Shown piece by piece: positions 12,087 to 24,249 of a stretch of 64,000 nt of DNA (its first letter is position 1; every line of letters begins with the position of its first letter). The DNA is from the human T2T-CHM13v2.0 reference genome, Homo sapiens. Made by a program: the position numbers and the translations under genes. The notes under the pieces were generated by a model. It did not search any database. It saw nothing but the letters and a program-made list of their open reading frames with translations, and was not told the origin of the DNA. The stretch lies in the NCBI RefSeq assembly GCF_009914755.1, contig NC_060948.1. One strand, given 5' to 3'.

Positions 12087-12406
12087 CAAATGCAAAAAAA
12101 AAAAAAAAAAAATGAAGAACTGAAATAATAACAGTCTCTCTGACCACAGAACAATCAAACAAAACAATCAAAGTTAAGAAGCTCACTCAAAACCACACAA
12201 CTACATAGAAATTGAATAGCTTGCTCCTGAATGACTTCCGGATAAATAGTGAAGTTAAGAAATCAACAGGTTCTTTGAAACCAATGAGAACAAACAGAGA
12301 ACATACCAGAATCTTTGAGACACAGAGCTAAAATGTGTTAAAAGAGAAACTTGCAGCACTAACTGCCTACATTTAAAAGCTAAAAAGATCTCAAATTGAC
12401 ATTAAC
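12087..12406 (+). mobile_element. L1P ORF2 endonuclease C-terminal fragment (inverted partner of 10590-11688)
   Basis: AACAGTCTCTCTGACCACAG...CTCACTCAAAACCACACAACTACATAGAAATTG...GATCTCAAATTGACA (SDH..., KLTQNHTTT.KLN). Confidence 0.85.
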
Positions 12407-12411
12407 ATTAA

Positions 12412-13088
12412 GATGAGTTAGCTAGGTGGCCTTAGGTAGACAGCAGTGGAAGGGTCCCCAGAGACCCCATGATTCATGGATCAGTGTCTCCTTCTCACAT
12501 AACATAAAAAGCAGCCTGAGGAAAAAAAAAAGCTGCAGGCACCAAGAAGAAAACCAACATAGGGGTTCTTCCTGAAGACATGCCTTTGGCTGAAGAGATA
12601 AATGGATCTCAGACACGTTCAGATAAAAATGTGCACAAACCTCCAGCTCACTCAGATAATAAAGCAAGGTCTGACATAACATGCCTTTGCTCTTTGTATA
12701 ATCAGCAGGCTTCCAGAAGAAAGTTTCTTTTCCATTTTTGGGCATAAACATAATGAGCTCTGGTGGGTTCTAGTGAGACTTTCCTGTTTTTTTGTTATTT
12801 ATTTATTTATTTATTTTTGATTGAGAGCCTGGCCTGTATGAATAACCACTTCAGCCCTTGATTCCCTGATTGGTCCCAGTCCAACATCTCATCTCAGGTA
12901 AAGCTTTCATTGCAGCTCCTGATAGGCCCTGGCCCAGGCTGAGCAGCTTCTGTGACTCACCATTTTAGCCCCACATTGGTCCCAGGCCAAACATCGTGAT
13001 TGGTCCTAGGCCAAGGTCTCAAGCCAAGCTCAGTCACACATTCTCCAAGGCAGCCCATGGACTAAGCATATTTCTTCTCTCTACCAGT
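12412..13088 (+). mobile_element. ERV1-class (MER4-group) LTR, truncated
   Basis: LTR-like composition with reiterated TGATTGGTCCCAGGCCAA motifs (12867-13020); family not resolved. Confidence 0.5.
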
Positions 13089-13185
13089 TACATATATAAT
13101 ATATATATATCACATATATAATGTATATTGCATATTTAATATATATTACATATGTAATATAGTTATATATATAATATGCATATGT
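13089..13185. repeat. (AT)n-rich simple repeat
   Basis: TACATATATAATATATATATAT... Confidence 0.85.
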
Positions 13186-13833
13186 TTGTGATTTGGAGTC
13201 CTATTTTGTATCCTATTAGTTTTTACCTTGTGTAAGGAACTTTACATATATTTTTACCCATTGAAAGGATACTGAAAAATTGTATGGTTACTTAACTAAT
13301 GAAGACATTTCCGAACTCTGGGATAATTGTTGTTTTTAAGTAGTAGGTATATAGTTAATAAAATCATTCATACCTTTTTCATTATATCATAATTTTGTGG
13401 TTTAATGTCTCATCTGAGAAGTAATTTATTATTTTTTATATTAAAATCAGAAACTGTCACCTTTCACTTCTCTGAATTATTTTAATTTTGTCATGTGGTA
13501 TGGTTTAACATTTCATTCTGTTGGTTTTCAGATGCACATCTCTGTGTAATACCAAATGCTAACAATTACTGTTGTCATAAATGAAGGTCAGCATTTCTGC
13601 CTAGATTTGATAAATAATTTTCTTGTTTTAGCTATAAAAATATAAAAAGAATGCATCACAAAGATATTCAATATAGCTCCCTGGCTACACTGATGAGTCA
13701 TAATCTGAGACTGAGACTGCGTGCGATAAAATTTAAATCACAGATATGATTTACTTTGCAAATCACAGCATATTTTATGCTTTTATTCACAAAATGCCTT
13801 ATTTTTCAGGCAATAGAAACTAGTAAATCAAGA

Positions 13834-14099
<266 letters not shown>

Positions 14100-14199
14100 C
14101 TAAGCCAAGATTTTGTAGTTAAGCACATTAATGAATGATAGTCTTCTACACATTTATATATGTAACCTATATCTATCTATCTATTGATAAAAGCTAAAA

Positions 14200-15410
14200 G
14201 CATGGGATAAAATATGTAAAATATTAAAGAAATGAGACATTTATGCTCATTTATATAAAGACTCAACATTGCCAAGATGTCAGTTCTCTCCACATTGATA
14301 TGAAGGTTCAAAAACAATTCCAATTAATATCTCAGATATAATTTTGTGGATTTTGACCAATTGATTTCTAAAACATATATGGAGAATTAAAAATAGAGAA
14401 TAGCTAACTTATTATTGAAAAAAGAAGAACAAAGTTGAAGCATTGACATCATTATACTTCAAAATTTACTATAAAGCTACAGTAATCAAAATTGTGTTAC
14501 TGATGAAAGAAATGACAAATAGATGATGTGAAAAAAGGTTAATCTGATTGATCACTTCAGCTAAGAAGAAATACAGTTGTCAAATTAGCATATGAAAGGA
14601 TGATAAACATCTTATGTTATTGGGGAGTTGTGAATGTGATAGTAAATTAAACATAAAATTGCAAAAATTGAAAACCTGATAACAGCAAGTTTAGAAGTAT
14701 GTTTGGTAGGCTTTGTTTTGTTTTGTTTTAACAAAACTAAACCAACTCTTTTGATCTCATCCAGCAGTCTTGCTTCTTGGAATTTACCCAACTAAATTAA
14801 AAACATGTTTACGTCAAAATCTGCATATGGATGTTGTTCTATAGTAGGTAAGTGGATCAACTTTGGTTTATGGAATATTTATGGAATACTATGCAGCACT
14901 AAAACAAAAAGAGCTTTCAAGTCATGAAAAGACATGAAGGGAACTTAAATGTATATTTACAATGAAATAAGCCAATCTGAAAATGCTACATACAGTATTT
15001 CAAGTATATGACAATCTAGAAAAAAATTATTGAAGAAATAAGAAGATTAGTGGTCTCAATGGTTTACAAGGAAGGGTGGAATAAATAGGCACAACTCAGG
15101 TGATTATTAGAGCACACAATGGTGAAACTGTTGTGTATAATACTACAATTTTGGTATGTTTTATTACATGTTTGTCAAAACCCATAGAATGTACAACAGT
15201 AAAAGTGAGACCTAATGTAAACTGCATATATTGACTGACAATGTATTGATGTAGGTTTATGAATTGTAACAAACATATCAGCATCATCAGAAATGGTGAT
15301 AGTGGGGAAGGTTGTACATGTGGGGACAGGGTGTAAGGGAGCTTTCTGTACTTTCTACTCAATTTTGTTGTAAGGCTAAAACCACCCTACTCAGATGTAT
15401 TGATTTAAAA
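14200..15410 (+). mobile_element. L1MC/L1MB ORF2 3' end and 3' UTR
   Basis: AGACTCAACATTGCCAAGATGTCAGTTCTC; TACTATAAAGCTACAGTAATCAAAA; TTTGTCAAAACCCATAGAATGTACAAC; CTGTACTTTCTACTCAATTTTG. Confidence 0.8.
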
Positions 15411-15589
15411 ACCTCAGTAATTAGGAGCTATATTTCAGTGCAATATTCATAAATAACTATTAATAAAAAATTAATGTTGAACAAAATCTTTTATGGAAAG
15501 ATAAGATCAGTGTCAATATTAATGCTAAGCTAAGGAATATTGAAGCAGGAATCAAAATAAATAATCAGTAATATAGAGTGAAAGAACAA

Positions 15590-15853
15590 TGCATGGAAAG
15601 GGATACCAGTGGGTTGCTGCTGACTGGGGTGGCTAACTTTTATTCCCTTATTTGTCTCCGCCCATGTCCTGCTGATTGGTCCATTTTACACAGTGCTGAT
15701 TGGTCCATTTTACAAACTTCTAGCTAGCCAGAGAGCGCTGATTGGTGCGATTTCACCAAGCACTGATTGGTGCATTTTACAAACATCTTGTAAGACAGAA
15801 AACTTCCCCAAGTCCCCACTCAATCCAGGAAGTCCAGCTGGCTTCACCTCTCA
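15590..15853 (-). mobile_element. LTR12-family (ERV9) LTR, U3 fragment
   Basis: Four CTGATTGGT(C/G)C repeats; ends CCAGCTGGCTTCACCTCTCA (reverse complement of the LTR12 start TGAGAGG). Confidence 0.8.
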
Positions 15854-15859
15854 CTAGTA

Positions 15860-17590
15860 GGAATACCCTCTATTCCCACCATCAACATCATGTTGCTACT
15901 TCTGGATGAGTGACTATTTATTCTTTTAAATAGGTAGTGGCAATCTTCCAAAAATTTAGATTTAGGTTTCAGTGTCCTCCACTGGGGCCTGCAACTTATA
16001 AGAAACAGATTTATTCCTGGACAATTGTATCCAACTAGGTATGCCCTAAATTTTAAAAGGACTGGGATAGTCAACAACACCTGATAGGGGGCTCTTCTAT
16101 TTTGGTTGTAATTTATTCTCAGGGGATCCTCCTTTCAAAATATGTAGGGAGATGAAGTTTCATGGTGAATAGGAGGTCAGTTAATTGCCTTGGAAGAGGG
16201 ACCAATACTTTTTGTCCATAGGCTTGGAGGACTTTTCTAACCTGGCCTAAGTTGACAATATCTGTCAACTTATGACTCAACTATATATCTCTTTATTAAG
16301 CAGAAGATCTCAAGCTAAACATGGCCTCACATAACTCCTCTCAAATGGATTGTTTGGGAGGTTTTTTAAGGATCATTCCTATGTGTATAAAGACTGGCTA
16401 AGAGAGGAACTTGGATCTCTGAGGTCTCCTGACATGGCTTAGCTAATGTCTTTTCAAAACATGATTAGCTTTTTCTATTTTACATGAGGAATGAGTACTC
16501 CAGGGGGAATGAAGGTGATAAGTAATGCCAAAGGCTGAAGGAAAGCTGCTGCGTTACTTTAGCTGTGAAAGTAGGGCCATTATCATCACTCCGCAGAATT
16601 TCAGGTAATCAAAACTTTGCAGTTGATCTCATTAAGTAAAAATTTGGACACTCATAATGCCTTCTCTGTCCTTGGGGGAAAAGCCTTAATTCACTTGGTT
16701 GAAGGTGTCTATAAGTACTGGCGAATATTTCCATCCCTGTACAGTTGTATGTGATAAAAATCTATTTGCTGGCCAGGCATGGTGGCTCATGCCTGTAATC
16801 TCATCACTTTGGGAGGCCAAGGCAGGTGGATCATGAGGTCAGGAGATCAAGACCATCCTGGCCAACATAGTAAAACCCCATCTCTACTAAAGATACAAAA
16901 ATTAGTTGGGGGTGGCGGTGTGCACTTGTAATACCAGCTACTTGGGAGGCTGAGGCAGGAGAATCATTTAAACCCAGGAGGCAGAGGTTTCAGTGAGCCG
17001 AGATCATGCCACTGCACTCCAGTCTAGTGACAAAGCAAGACTCCATGTCAAAAATAACAACAAAAAATTCTATTTGCCAGTCTTCCCAGGGTACGTCTCT
17101 CAATGTTGTAAAGGTTTGAATAGAGGTAGGGGTATGGAGTAGCTTCCTGAATTATTACAACACAAAATTCACAGGTCCTGGACATCCTCTTTATAGTCTA
17201 GAATAGTTTATTTCCTTAAATGATTTGAGAAAATAACTTGTATATTGAGACCTGTCCCAAAGGAGGAGTTACATAAAGGCTTAACTGTCTTTCATTGCAT
17301 TGCCTCAGGGAGAAAGAGTTTTGTTGCTTTCTAGTAACCATCCTGAAAGACTCTTTTGTAATGCTTTTGTTCTGCCCATTAAATTTCTTCATGGGTATAG
17401 TGTGGTGTCCCAGACATGGGTGCAGTACCTGGCATTTGCCAGTGGGCTGTAACAATGGTGCCTCTTTAGATGTGGCCTTAGCTGTTTTCTCTCCCAGAGA
17501 ATTTCCTTTGACAATAGAAAGGCCTTCTTTTTAGTGCCTAGTGCACTGAATCACCGAATCACCGCTAACCTTCTTTAGGAGCTGGACAGC
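15860..17590 (-). pseudogene. Degenerate ERV1 (gammaretrovirus-like) pol: RNase H C-terminus plus integrase, interrupted by an Alu
   Basis: Minus strand reads AVQLLKKV..VIQCTRH*KEG..KGNSLGEKTAKA (RNase H) and, across the Alu, ...DWQIDF...GWKY..VLIDTF...AFP (integrase core); stops and frameshifts. Confidence 0.75.
16771..17066 (+). mobile_element. AluSc-like element inserted in ERV integrase
   Basis: Full-length Alu; TSD AAAAA(T)TCTATTTGC at ~16756-16769 and ~17063-17077. Confidence 0.92.
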
Positions 17591-17627
17591 TAGTTATATG
17601 CAAACACTACACCATTTAATGCCAAGA

Positions 17628-17704
17628 AATTGAGAATCTGCTGATTTTGGTATCCATGGAAGTCCTGAACCAATCCCCCACTTATACTGAGAGAGGATTA
17701 TGTA
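17628..17704 (+). mobile_element. Tigger3/MER2-like TcMar-Tigger terminal fragment
   Basis: GATTTTGGTATCCATGGAAGTCCTGAACCAATCCCCACTTATACTGAG...TGTA. Confidence 0.65.
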
Positions 17705-17789
17705 TACTTCAATATCACACAGATCACAATGGAAGTAAAGCCTGCTTTATCACTCAAGTAATTGGCCTTCCTGTGGCTTTCTCTTACAG

Positions 17790-18306
17790 GTAGGTAGGTA
17801 ATTTCAACTTTGACATCTTAATACTAAATCTAGAAAATTTTCTAAGTTTTCTTGTTAATATATATGTTTTGTATATTCTTTGAAGTTGTCCATGTAGATA
17901 ATCAAGTCATCTACAGATGAGGAATATTTTACTTCTTTCTGCAGAATTCTTACATGCTAAAATATTATTAGTAGTATTTATCATATACTATGTTAAAAAT
18001 CTCGAGGAGAATATTGAAGAGAAATGGTAATAGTTAACCTTCTAATCTTTCTTGTGATTTCGAAGGAAGTACTCTCAGATAAGGAACACTTTCCTTGTTT
18101 GCACTTTAATGTCTTATTATAAATAGCTACTATGTTTTATTTGATGCTTCTGTATTCACTGATGTAATTCTATTTTTTACTACTTTATATTAGTATAATG
18201 CATTAAATTAATAGATTTTCTTAAGTTGCACCACTCTTTTCTCTATGAAATAAATTTAGTGAAGATGTGTGGTTATGATGTATAACCCTACATCTGTTTG
18301 CTTGTT
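17790..18306 (-). mobile_element. Old L1M ORF2 (RT region) fragment; continues at ~20340-21150
   Basis: Minus strand SVDDLIIYMDN (YADD-like region). Confidence 0.55.
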
Positions 18307-18392
18307 TATATGGTTTGGCTCTGTTTTCACCCCAATCTCATGCTGAATTTTAACCCTTATATTTTGGAGGGGGCCCTGATTGGAGGTGATTG

Positions 18393-20056
18393 TGAGAGGT
18401 GACAGCATGCTGGCAGTCCTCAGAACCCTGGCTTGCTCTCGGCACCTCCTCTGCCTGTGCTCCCACTTTGGCGGCACTCGAGGAGCCCTTCAGCCCACTA
18501 GTGCACTGTGACCCCTCTCTGGGCTGGCCAAGGCTGGAGCCAACTCCCTCAGCTTGCAGGGAGGTGTGGAGGGAGAAGCGCAAGTGGGAACCGGGGCTGC
18601 GTGAGGCACTTGCGGGCCAGCTGGAGTTCTGGGTGGGCGTGGGCTTGGCGGGCCCCGCACTCGGAGCAGGCGGCCAGCCCTGCTGGCCCCGGGCAATGAG
18701 AGACTTAGCACCGGGGCAAGAGACTGCGGAGGGTGTACTGGGTCCCCCAGCAGTGCCAGCCCACCAGCGCTGAGCTCGATTTCTCACCGAGGCTTAGCTG
18801 CCTTGCCGCGGGGCAGGGCTCGCGACCAGCAGCCTGCCATGCCTGAGCCTCCCACCCACTCCATGGGCTCCTGTACTGCCCGAGCCTCCCCGACGAGCAC
18901 CTCCCCCTGTTCCACCGCGCTCAGTCCCATCGACCACCCAAGGGCTGAGGAGTGAGAGCGCACGGCACGGTATGGCAGGCAGCTCCACCTGCAGCCCCGG
19001 TGCGGGATCCACTGGGTGAATCCAGCTGGGCTCCTGAGTCTGGTGGGGACGTGGAGAGTCTTTATGCCTAGCTCAGGGATTGTAAATACACCAGTCAGCA
19101 CCCTGTGTGTAGCTCAAGGTTTGTGAGTGCACCAATCGACACTCTGTATCTAGCTGCTCTGGTAGGGCCTTGGAGAACCTTTATGTCTAGCTCAAGGATT
19201 GTAAATACACCAATCAGCAACCTGTGTTTAGCTCAAGGTTTGTGAGTGCACCAATCGACACTCTGTATCTAGCTGCTCTGGTGGGGATGTGGAGAACCTT
19301 TATGTCTAGCTCAGGGATTGTGAATACACCAATTGGCACTCTGTATCTAGATCAAGGTTTGTAAACACACTAATCAGCACCCTGTGTTTAGTTCAAGGTT
19401 TGTGAATGCACCAATCGACACTCTGTATCTGGCTGCTCTGGTGGAGCCTTGGAGAACCTGTGTGTGGAAACTCTGTATCTAACTAATCTGATGGGGACGT
19501 GGAGAACCTTTGTATCTACCTCAGGGATTGTAAACGCACCAATCAGTGCCCTGACAAAACAGGCCACTCGGCTCTACCAATCAGCAGGATGTGGGTGGGG
19601 CCAGATAAGAGAATAAAACCAGGCTGCCCCAGCCAGCATTGGCAACCTGCTCGGGTCCCCTTCCGCCCTGTAGAAGCTTTGTTCTTTTGCTCTTTGCAAT
19701 AAATCTTGCTACTGCTCACTCTTTGGGTCCACGCTGCTTTTATGACCTGTAACATTCACCACGAAGATCTGCAGCTTCACTCCTGAGCCCAGCGAGACCA
19801 CGAGCCCACCGGGAGGAACGAACAACTCCAGATGGGCTGCCTTAAGAGCTGTAATACTCACCGCCAATGTCTGCAGCTTCACTCCTGAGCCAGCGAGACC
19901 ACGAACCCACCAGAAAGAAGAAACTCCGAACAGATCTGAACATCAGAAGGGACAGACTCCAGACGCACCACCTTAAGAGCTGTAACACTCACTGCGAGGG
20001 TCCGCGGCTTCATTCTTGAAGTCAGTGAGACCAAGAACCCACCAATTCCGGACACA
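18393..20056 (+). mobile_element. Complete solo LTR12C (ERV9 LTR)
   Basis: TGAGAGGTGACAGC...CCAATTCCGGACACA, TG...CA ends, 4-bp TSD ATTG (18389-18392, 20057-20060), CpG-rich U3, tandem CACCAATC repeats, U5 repeats. Confidence 0.96.
19060..19650 (+). promoter_or_regulatory. LTR12C enhancer/promoter: tandem CCAAT (NF-Y) boxes, GC/GT box, GATA site, AATAAAA TATA-equivalent
   Basis: About 8 CCAAT motifs 19131-19581, GTGGGTGGGG 19591, AGATAA 19603, AATAAAA 19612-19618; LTR polyA signal AATAAA 19698-19703. Confidence 0.75.
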
Positions 20057-21166
20057 ATTGGATCATGGGAGCAGACTTCTTGTTTATGTTCTCATTATAG
20101 TAAGTAAGATCAAGTTTTTTGAAAATGTGTAGCACTTCCCCCTTTACACTCTCTTTCCTGCCGCCATGTGAAGACACACTTGCTTTGCCTTGGCCCTCTC
20201 CCATAGGTAAGTTTTCTGAGGCCTCCTAGCCATGTCTCCTGCACAGTCGGAGAAACTATGAGCCAATTAAGCCTCCTTTCTTTATAAATTATCCAGCCTC
20301 AGGTATTTCTTTACAGCTGTGTGAAAACAAAATAATTCACTTATATATTGCTTATGTTTTCACATTGTTGTTCTGAAGTAAAATTAATCTTTTTTGTTTT
20401 TAATTCTCATGCTGTTTGAATGTAGTAACAAGACTTTATTCATTTGAAAATTAATTAGGGTTTTCTGTTTTTCTTCTCTTTTTCACTTCTCTGAAACATT
20501 TCTTTCCTTGAATGTGTAGTACAATCCAACTGCAAAAGCAGTTGATTCTAATACTTTTATATAGGGATAATTTAATTGTGGATGCATGTTTTTTAAAATG
20601 ATATAGCAAGTGCAGTTTTCTAGTTCTTCTTGAGTCGGTTTGGGTAACTGACATTTTTGTAGAGACTTTTCTGTTTCACTGAAGAATTAGAATTTGTTTG
20701 CATAAAGATGTTTCTAACATTACCATATTTCTAAATTTCTACTGCGTAGCTGAACATGTCGTCTCTTTGTTTCTTGATATTATGGGTTCTTTCTTTTTGC
20801 AATCAACCTGGTCAGAGATTTGTAGGCTTCATAATCTTCTCAAAGAACTAATTCTGTTTCTATTTGATTAATTTCTGCTCTTGGTTCATTATTTTCTGAT
20901 TAATGTGTTTTTCTTTTGGTGTACTTGTTTCTTCTTTTCCTAAATCTTTATAACAAATGATTCACATATTAGTGTCAGCTTTTCTTATTTCTTCATGAAA
21001 TACAAAATTTTAACCCATTAATTTATCACTAACTTTTAGCAGGAGTCCAAAATAACTGATACTTAATATTCTGAAGTATTATTTCTTTCTGAATTTCAAA
21101 TTTTGTTTTTTTATGTGTTAAGAAGTCTGTCATATATTTCCAATTTACTGGATTAAAAATATGTAT

Positions 21167-21485
21167 ATTTTTATTTTTTTAATTTTTTTTTTAGTGATAG
21201 TTTCCCTCTTTATTTCTTTTTTAAATTATTATTTTACTTTAAATTTTAGGGCACATGTGCAGAATGTGCAGGTTTGTTACATATGTACACATGTGCCATG
21301 TTATTGTGCTGCACTATTCACAAGGGCAAAGACTTGGAACGAACCCAAATGTCCAACAATGATAGACTGGAATAAGAAAATGTGGCACGTATACACTGTG
21401 GAATACTATGCAGCCATAAAAAATGATGAGTTCATATCCTTTGTAGGGATATGGATGAACCTGGAAACCATCATTCTCAGCCAAA
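21167..21485 (-). mobile_element. Short L1PA 3' end with 5' inversion (minus part ~21220-21314, plus part 21311-21485)
   Basis: Antisense 3' UTR joined through GCAC microhomology to sense ORF2 end (AALFTRAKTWNEPKCPTMIDW); TSD AAAAATATGTAT at 21155-21166 and 21483-21494. Confidence 0.9.
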
Positions 21486-22232
21486 AATATGTATTTTTTA
21501 TACTTGTTTGTATTGGAATCAGAGAATGTGTTCTTGATAATACATGAACTTTTGAAATGTATTGAGACTTGCTTTATGCCATAGTATATCTTTAAATGCC
21601 ACTGAATTTTTAGAACGGTTTGCATTATGAGGTACTATATCATATAACTGCCTCTCAGATAGTTTTTGAATAGCCTCTTACATAGTTTAACCTCTGCTGA
21701 ACCAATAATTTTGGAGTGTTGTATTAAAATGTTACATTATAGTGTAATTAATTTATTATAATCACATCAATTTTTGCTGTATATATTTTAGAAGTGTAGA
21801 TTAACCCTGTATTAGACTCCTAGTCTATTGAAAGTTTTGTTGTTATATAGGTGACCATAATTTTTCCTTTATTATTAATTGTTTCTTTAAATCTGAAAAT
21901 ATGCAGTGCTTACGAGGGACACAGAATTTAACCGGTATATCCATTTAATAATTTATTAACTGTTTCTTGTTTGTGTTTGATGTGTTTCATAAGCAGCACA
22001 GAGCTCCAGTTTTTAAAAATATATATATTTTTAGTAGACGTTAAATTTTTTATTATTCAAATATTTAGATTTATGTCTATAGTTTTAAATTTTTATTTAT
22101 ATTTGCCCTACATTTTAGGTTTCACCTTCATCTCCTGTTTAAAATTGGTTGTATTAACGTGTTTTATTTTTTTCTTTTTGTATATTGTCATGAGTTGAAA
22201 AATTCTATCTTATCTTTAAAACCAATCAATAT

Positions 22233-22499
22233 CTGTAATCCCAGTACTTTGGGAGGCCTAGGAGGGCAGATCAGGAGGTCAGGAGATCGAGACCATCCTG
22301 GCTAACACGGTGAAACCCTGTCTCTACTAAAAATACAAAAGAATTAGCCGGGCGAGGTGGCAGGATCCCGTAGTCCCAGCTATTCAGGAGGCTGAGGCAG
22401 GAGAATGGCGTGAACCCGGGATGCGGAGATTGTAGTGAGCAGAGATCGCACCACTGCACTCCAGCCTGGGTGGCAGAGTGAGACTCCATCTCAAAAAAA
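22233..22499 (+). mobile_element. AluY, slightly 5'-truncated
   Basis: GAGATCGAGACCATCCTGGCTAACACGGTG; GGAGAATGGCGTGAACCCGGG. Confidence 0.92.
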
Positions 22500-23459
22500 T
22501 ATATGTGTATATCTTTACCAGCTTTAGGAAGAATTCAAGATATTTTCATGTTTTTATTTTGATTTGTTTTATTTTGTATGCTTTAATACAATATTTTGAA
22601 TTCTATCTTCATTAAATTGTGTAAAATGTATTATTATTAAAAATGTTGATAACTACATGCCATTGTTTTACTAGGTTTCTTCAAAAATGACCTTCCCTTT
22701 TTTTCCTAGAAACTTCTTATGGAGAACGTCTCTGATCTAGAAAATCTTTCGGCATTTTTTCAGTCACTTTATTTTTTATCAATATTTCTTTCTTTTCTGG
22801 GAATAAAATTATGTTCTTGATTTTAGTTTACTCATTCGGGTCTTTCAAGGAATTAAAATTTCTGACTTTTGTTCTCTAAATGCTCTATTGAGTTTTTTAC
22901 TTTCCAAGTATTGTATTTATTGCATCTAAAATTTCTCTTTTATATCTAGATTTTCAGACTTATCTTAAATATCTTATAATTATCTTTTAGTACTTGACCA
23001 TACTTCTAATATTACTGTTTTATTTTTTAAAGTTTATTAAGCTACTTTTGTTGTATTCAATGCCTGCTTATAAAAGATCTGCAGTATTTCTCAAATTGTC
23101 CCTGTTTTTTCTGCTTGTATTTTTCATGATGGTTTATTTCATGACTTTTTAATATTTTTCTTATTTATGTGAATCATCTAAATTTCAGGAAAATTCTTTA
23201 AGGCCTGAGTTTAATTTTTTTTAAAAGGATATTTGTTGTGCAACAGCCAGGTGCTGTACAAAATACTTTTTACACACAATTTTTACACTTAGTTTATGGA
23301 AAGTGACAGAAAGGGTATACATTCTGTTGTCAAAACTACATAATAACAGGTTTTGGCTATAAAATTAAAGAGTAAGCATCACATCTATGCTCTTTAAAAC
23401 TGAAAACCAAGTTTAAGATGAATATCTTTCTCTCTCTCTGTGGGGAGAGTTTGAATGGC

Positions 23460-23818
23460 TGTATTATCAAAGGTTTCACTATAAGCCATCTGCAAGCTGA
23501 GGAGCAAGGAGAGTCAATCCAGGTCCACAAACTAAACAACTTGGAGACTGTGATTGAGGGCAGAAAGCATCCAGCTTGGGAGAAAGATATAGTCTGGGAG
23601 ACTAGGCCAGTCTCGTCTTTTCATATTTTTCTACCTGGAAGCTAGTCATGCTGGCAGCTGATTAGATGGTGCCCAGTGAGGTTAAGGGAGGGTCTGCCTT
23701 TTGCAGCTCACTTACACAAACATTAATCTCCTTTGGCAACACCATTACAGACACACAGAGGATAAATACTTTTCCTTCTCCAATCCAATCATATTGACAC
23801 TCAGTATTAACTATCACA
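23460..23818 (-). mobile_element. MLT2A LTR (HERV-L 3' LTR) with internal deletion
   Basis: CTGCAAGCTGAGGAGCAAGGAGAG...GGCAGCTGATTAGATGGTGCCCA...TTGACACTCAGTATTAACTATCACA. Confidence 0.88.
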
Positions 23819-24245
23819 AGTCCACCCCTGGTCAACTTGAACCCATACATATTTCCTGTGATTATACATAATCTTTGAATAAAGAAAATAATAAGGTCAC
23901 AATTATGCCTAATATAATACAACTATTCTTCATAAAACAGGAAATGCACCAATCCCCAACCCAAATGCAATTACATGAAGTTAATAATACTTAAATGCTA
24001 AGGTGAAGTTAATAAATCTTATAACACATAATAAAGGAAAAAGGAAATAAGGATATTTTCTTAGTATGAGTGTATGAACACACAAAAATGTAAAATGTTT
24101 TTAACAAAAGACGGAGAAAATACATATGACAGTTAAAGTTCTAGTTTTTGCAGCTGGTCAAGTGGTTGTAGCTGGTATTGATGACTACCTTCTTCTACTA
24201 CCCATTCTGTATTCCCTTTGGCTTCAGCAAGCACCTGAGCATGTT
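23819..24245 (-). mobile_element. HERV-L internal 3' region including PPT
   Basis: AGTCCACCCCTGGTCAACTTGAACCCAT abuts the LTR; GCAGCTGGTCAAGTGGTTGTAGCTGGTATTGATGACTACC. Confidence 0.8.
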
Positions 24246-24249
24246 CTGA

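Larger units (their letters stand above)
18307..20340 (+). mobile_element. MSTA-like MaLR LTR split by LTR12C (18307-18392 and 20057-20340)
   Basis: ATATGGTTTGGCTCTG...GGAGGTGATTG | GATCATGGG...TTTATAAATTATCCAGCCTCAGGTATTTCTTTACAGC. Confidence 0.88.

Noticed and set aside
12093-12112. A20 tract as the tail of a plus-strand retrocopy
   Set aside because: It lies within L1 sequence CAAATGCAAAAGAAC and is best explained as expansion of the native A-run
18256-19755. ORFs of 63-145 aa
   Set aside because: Chance ORFs in the GC-rich LTR12C U3
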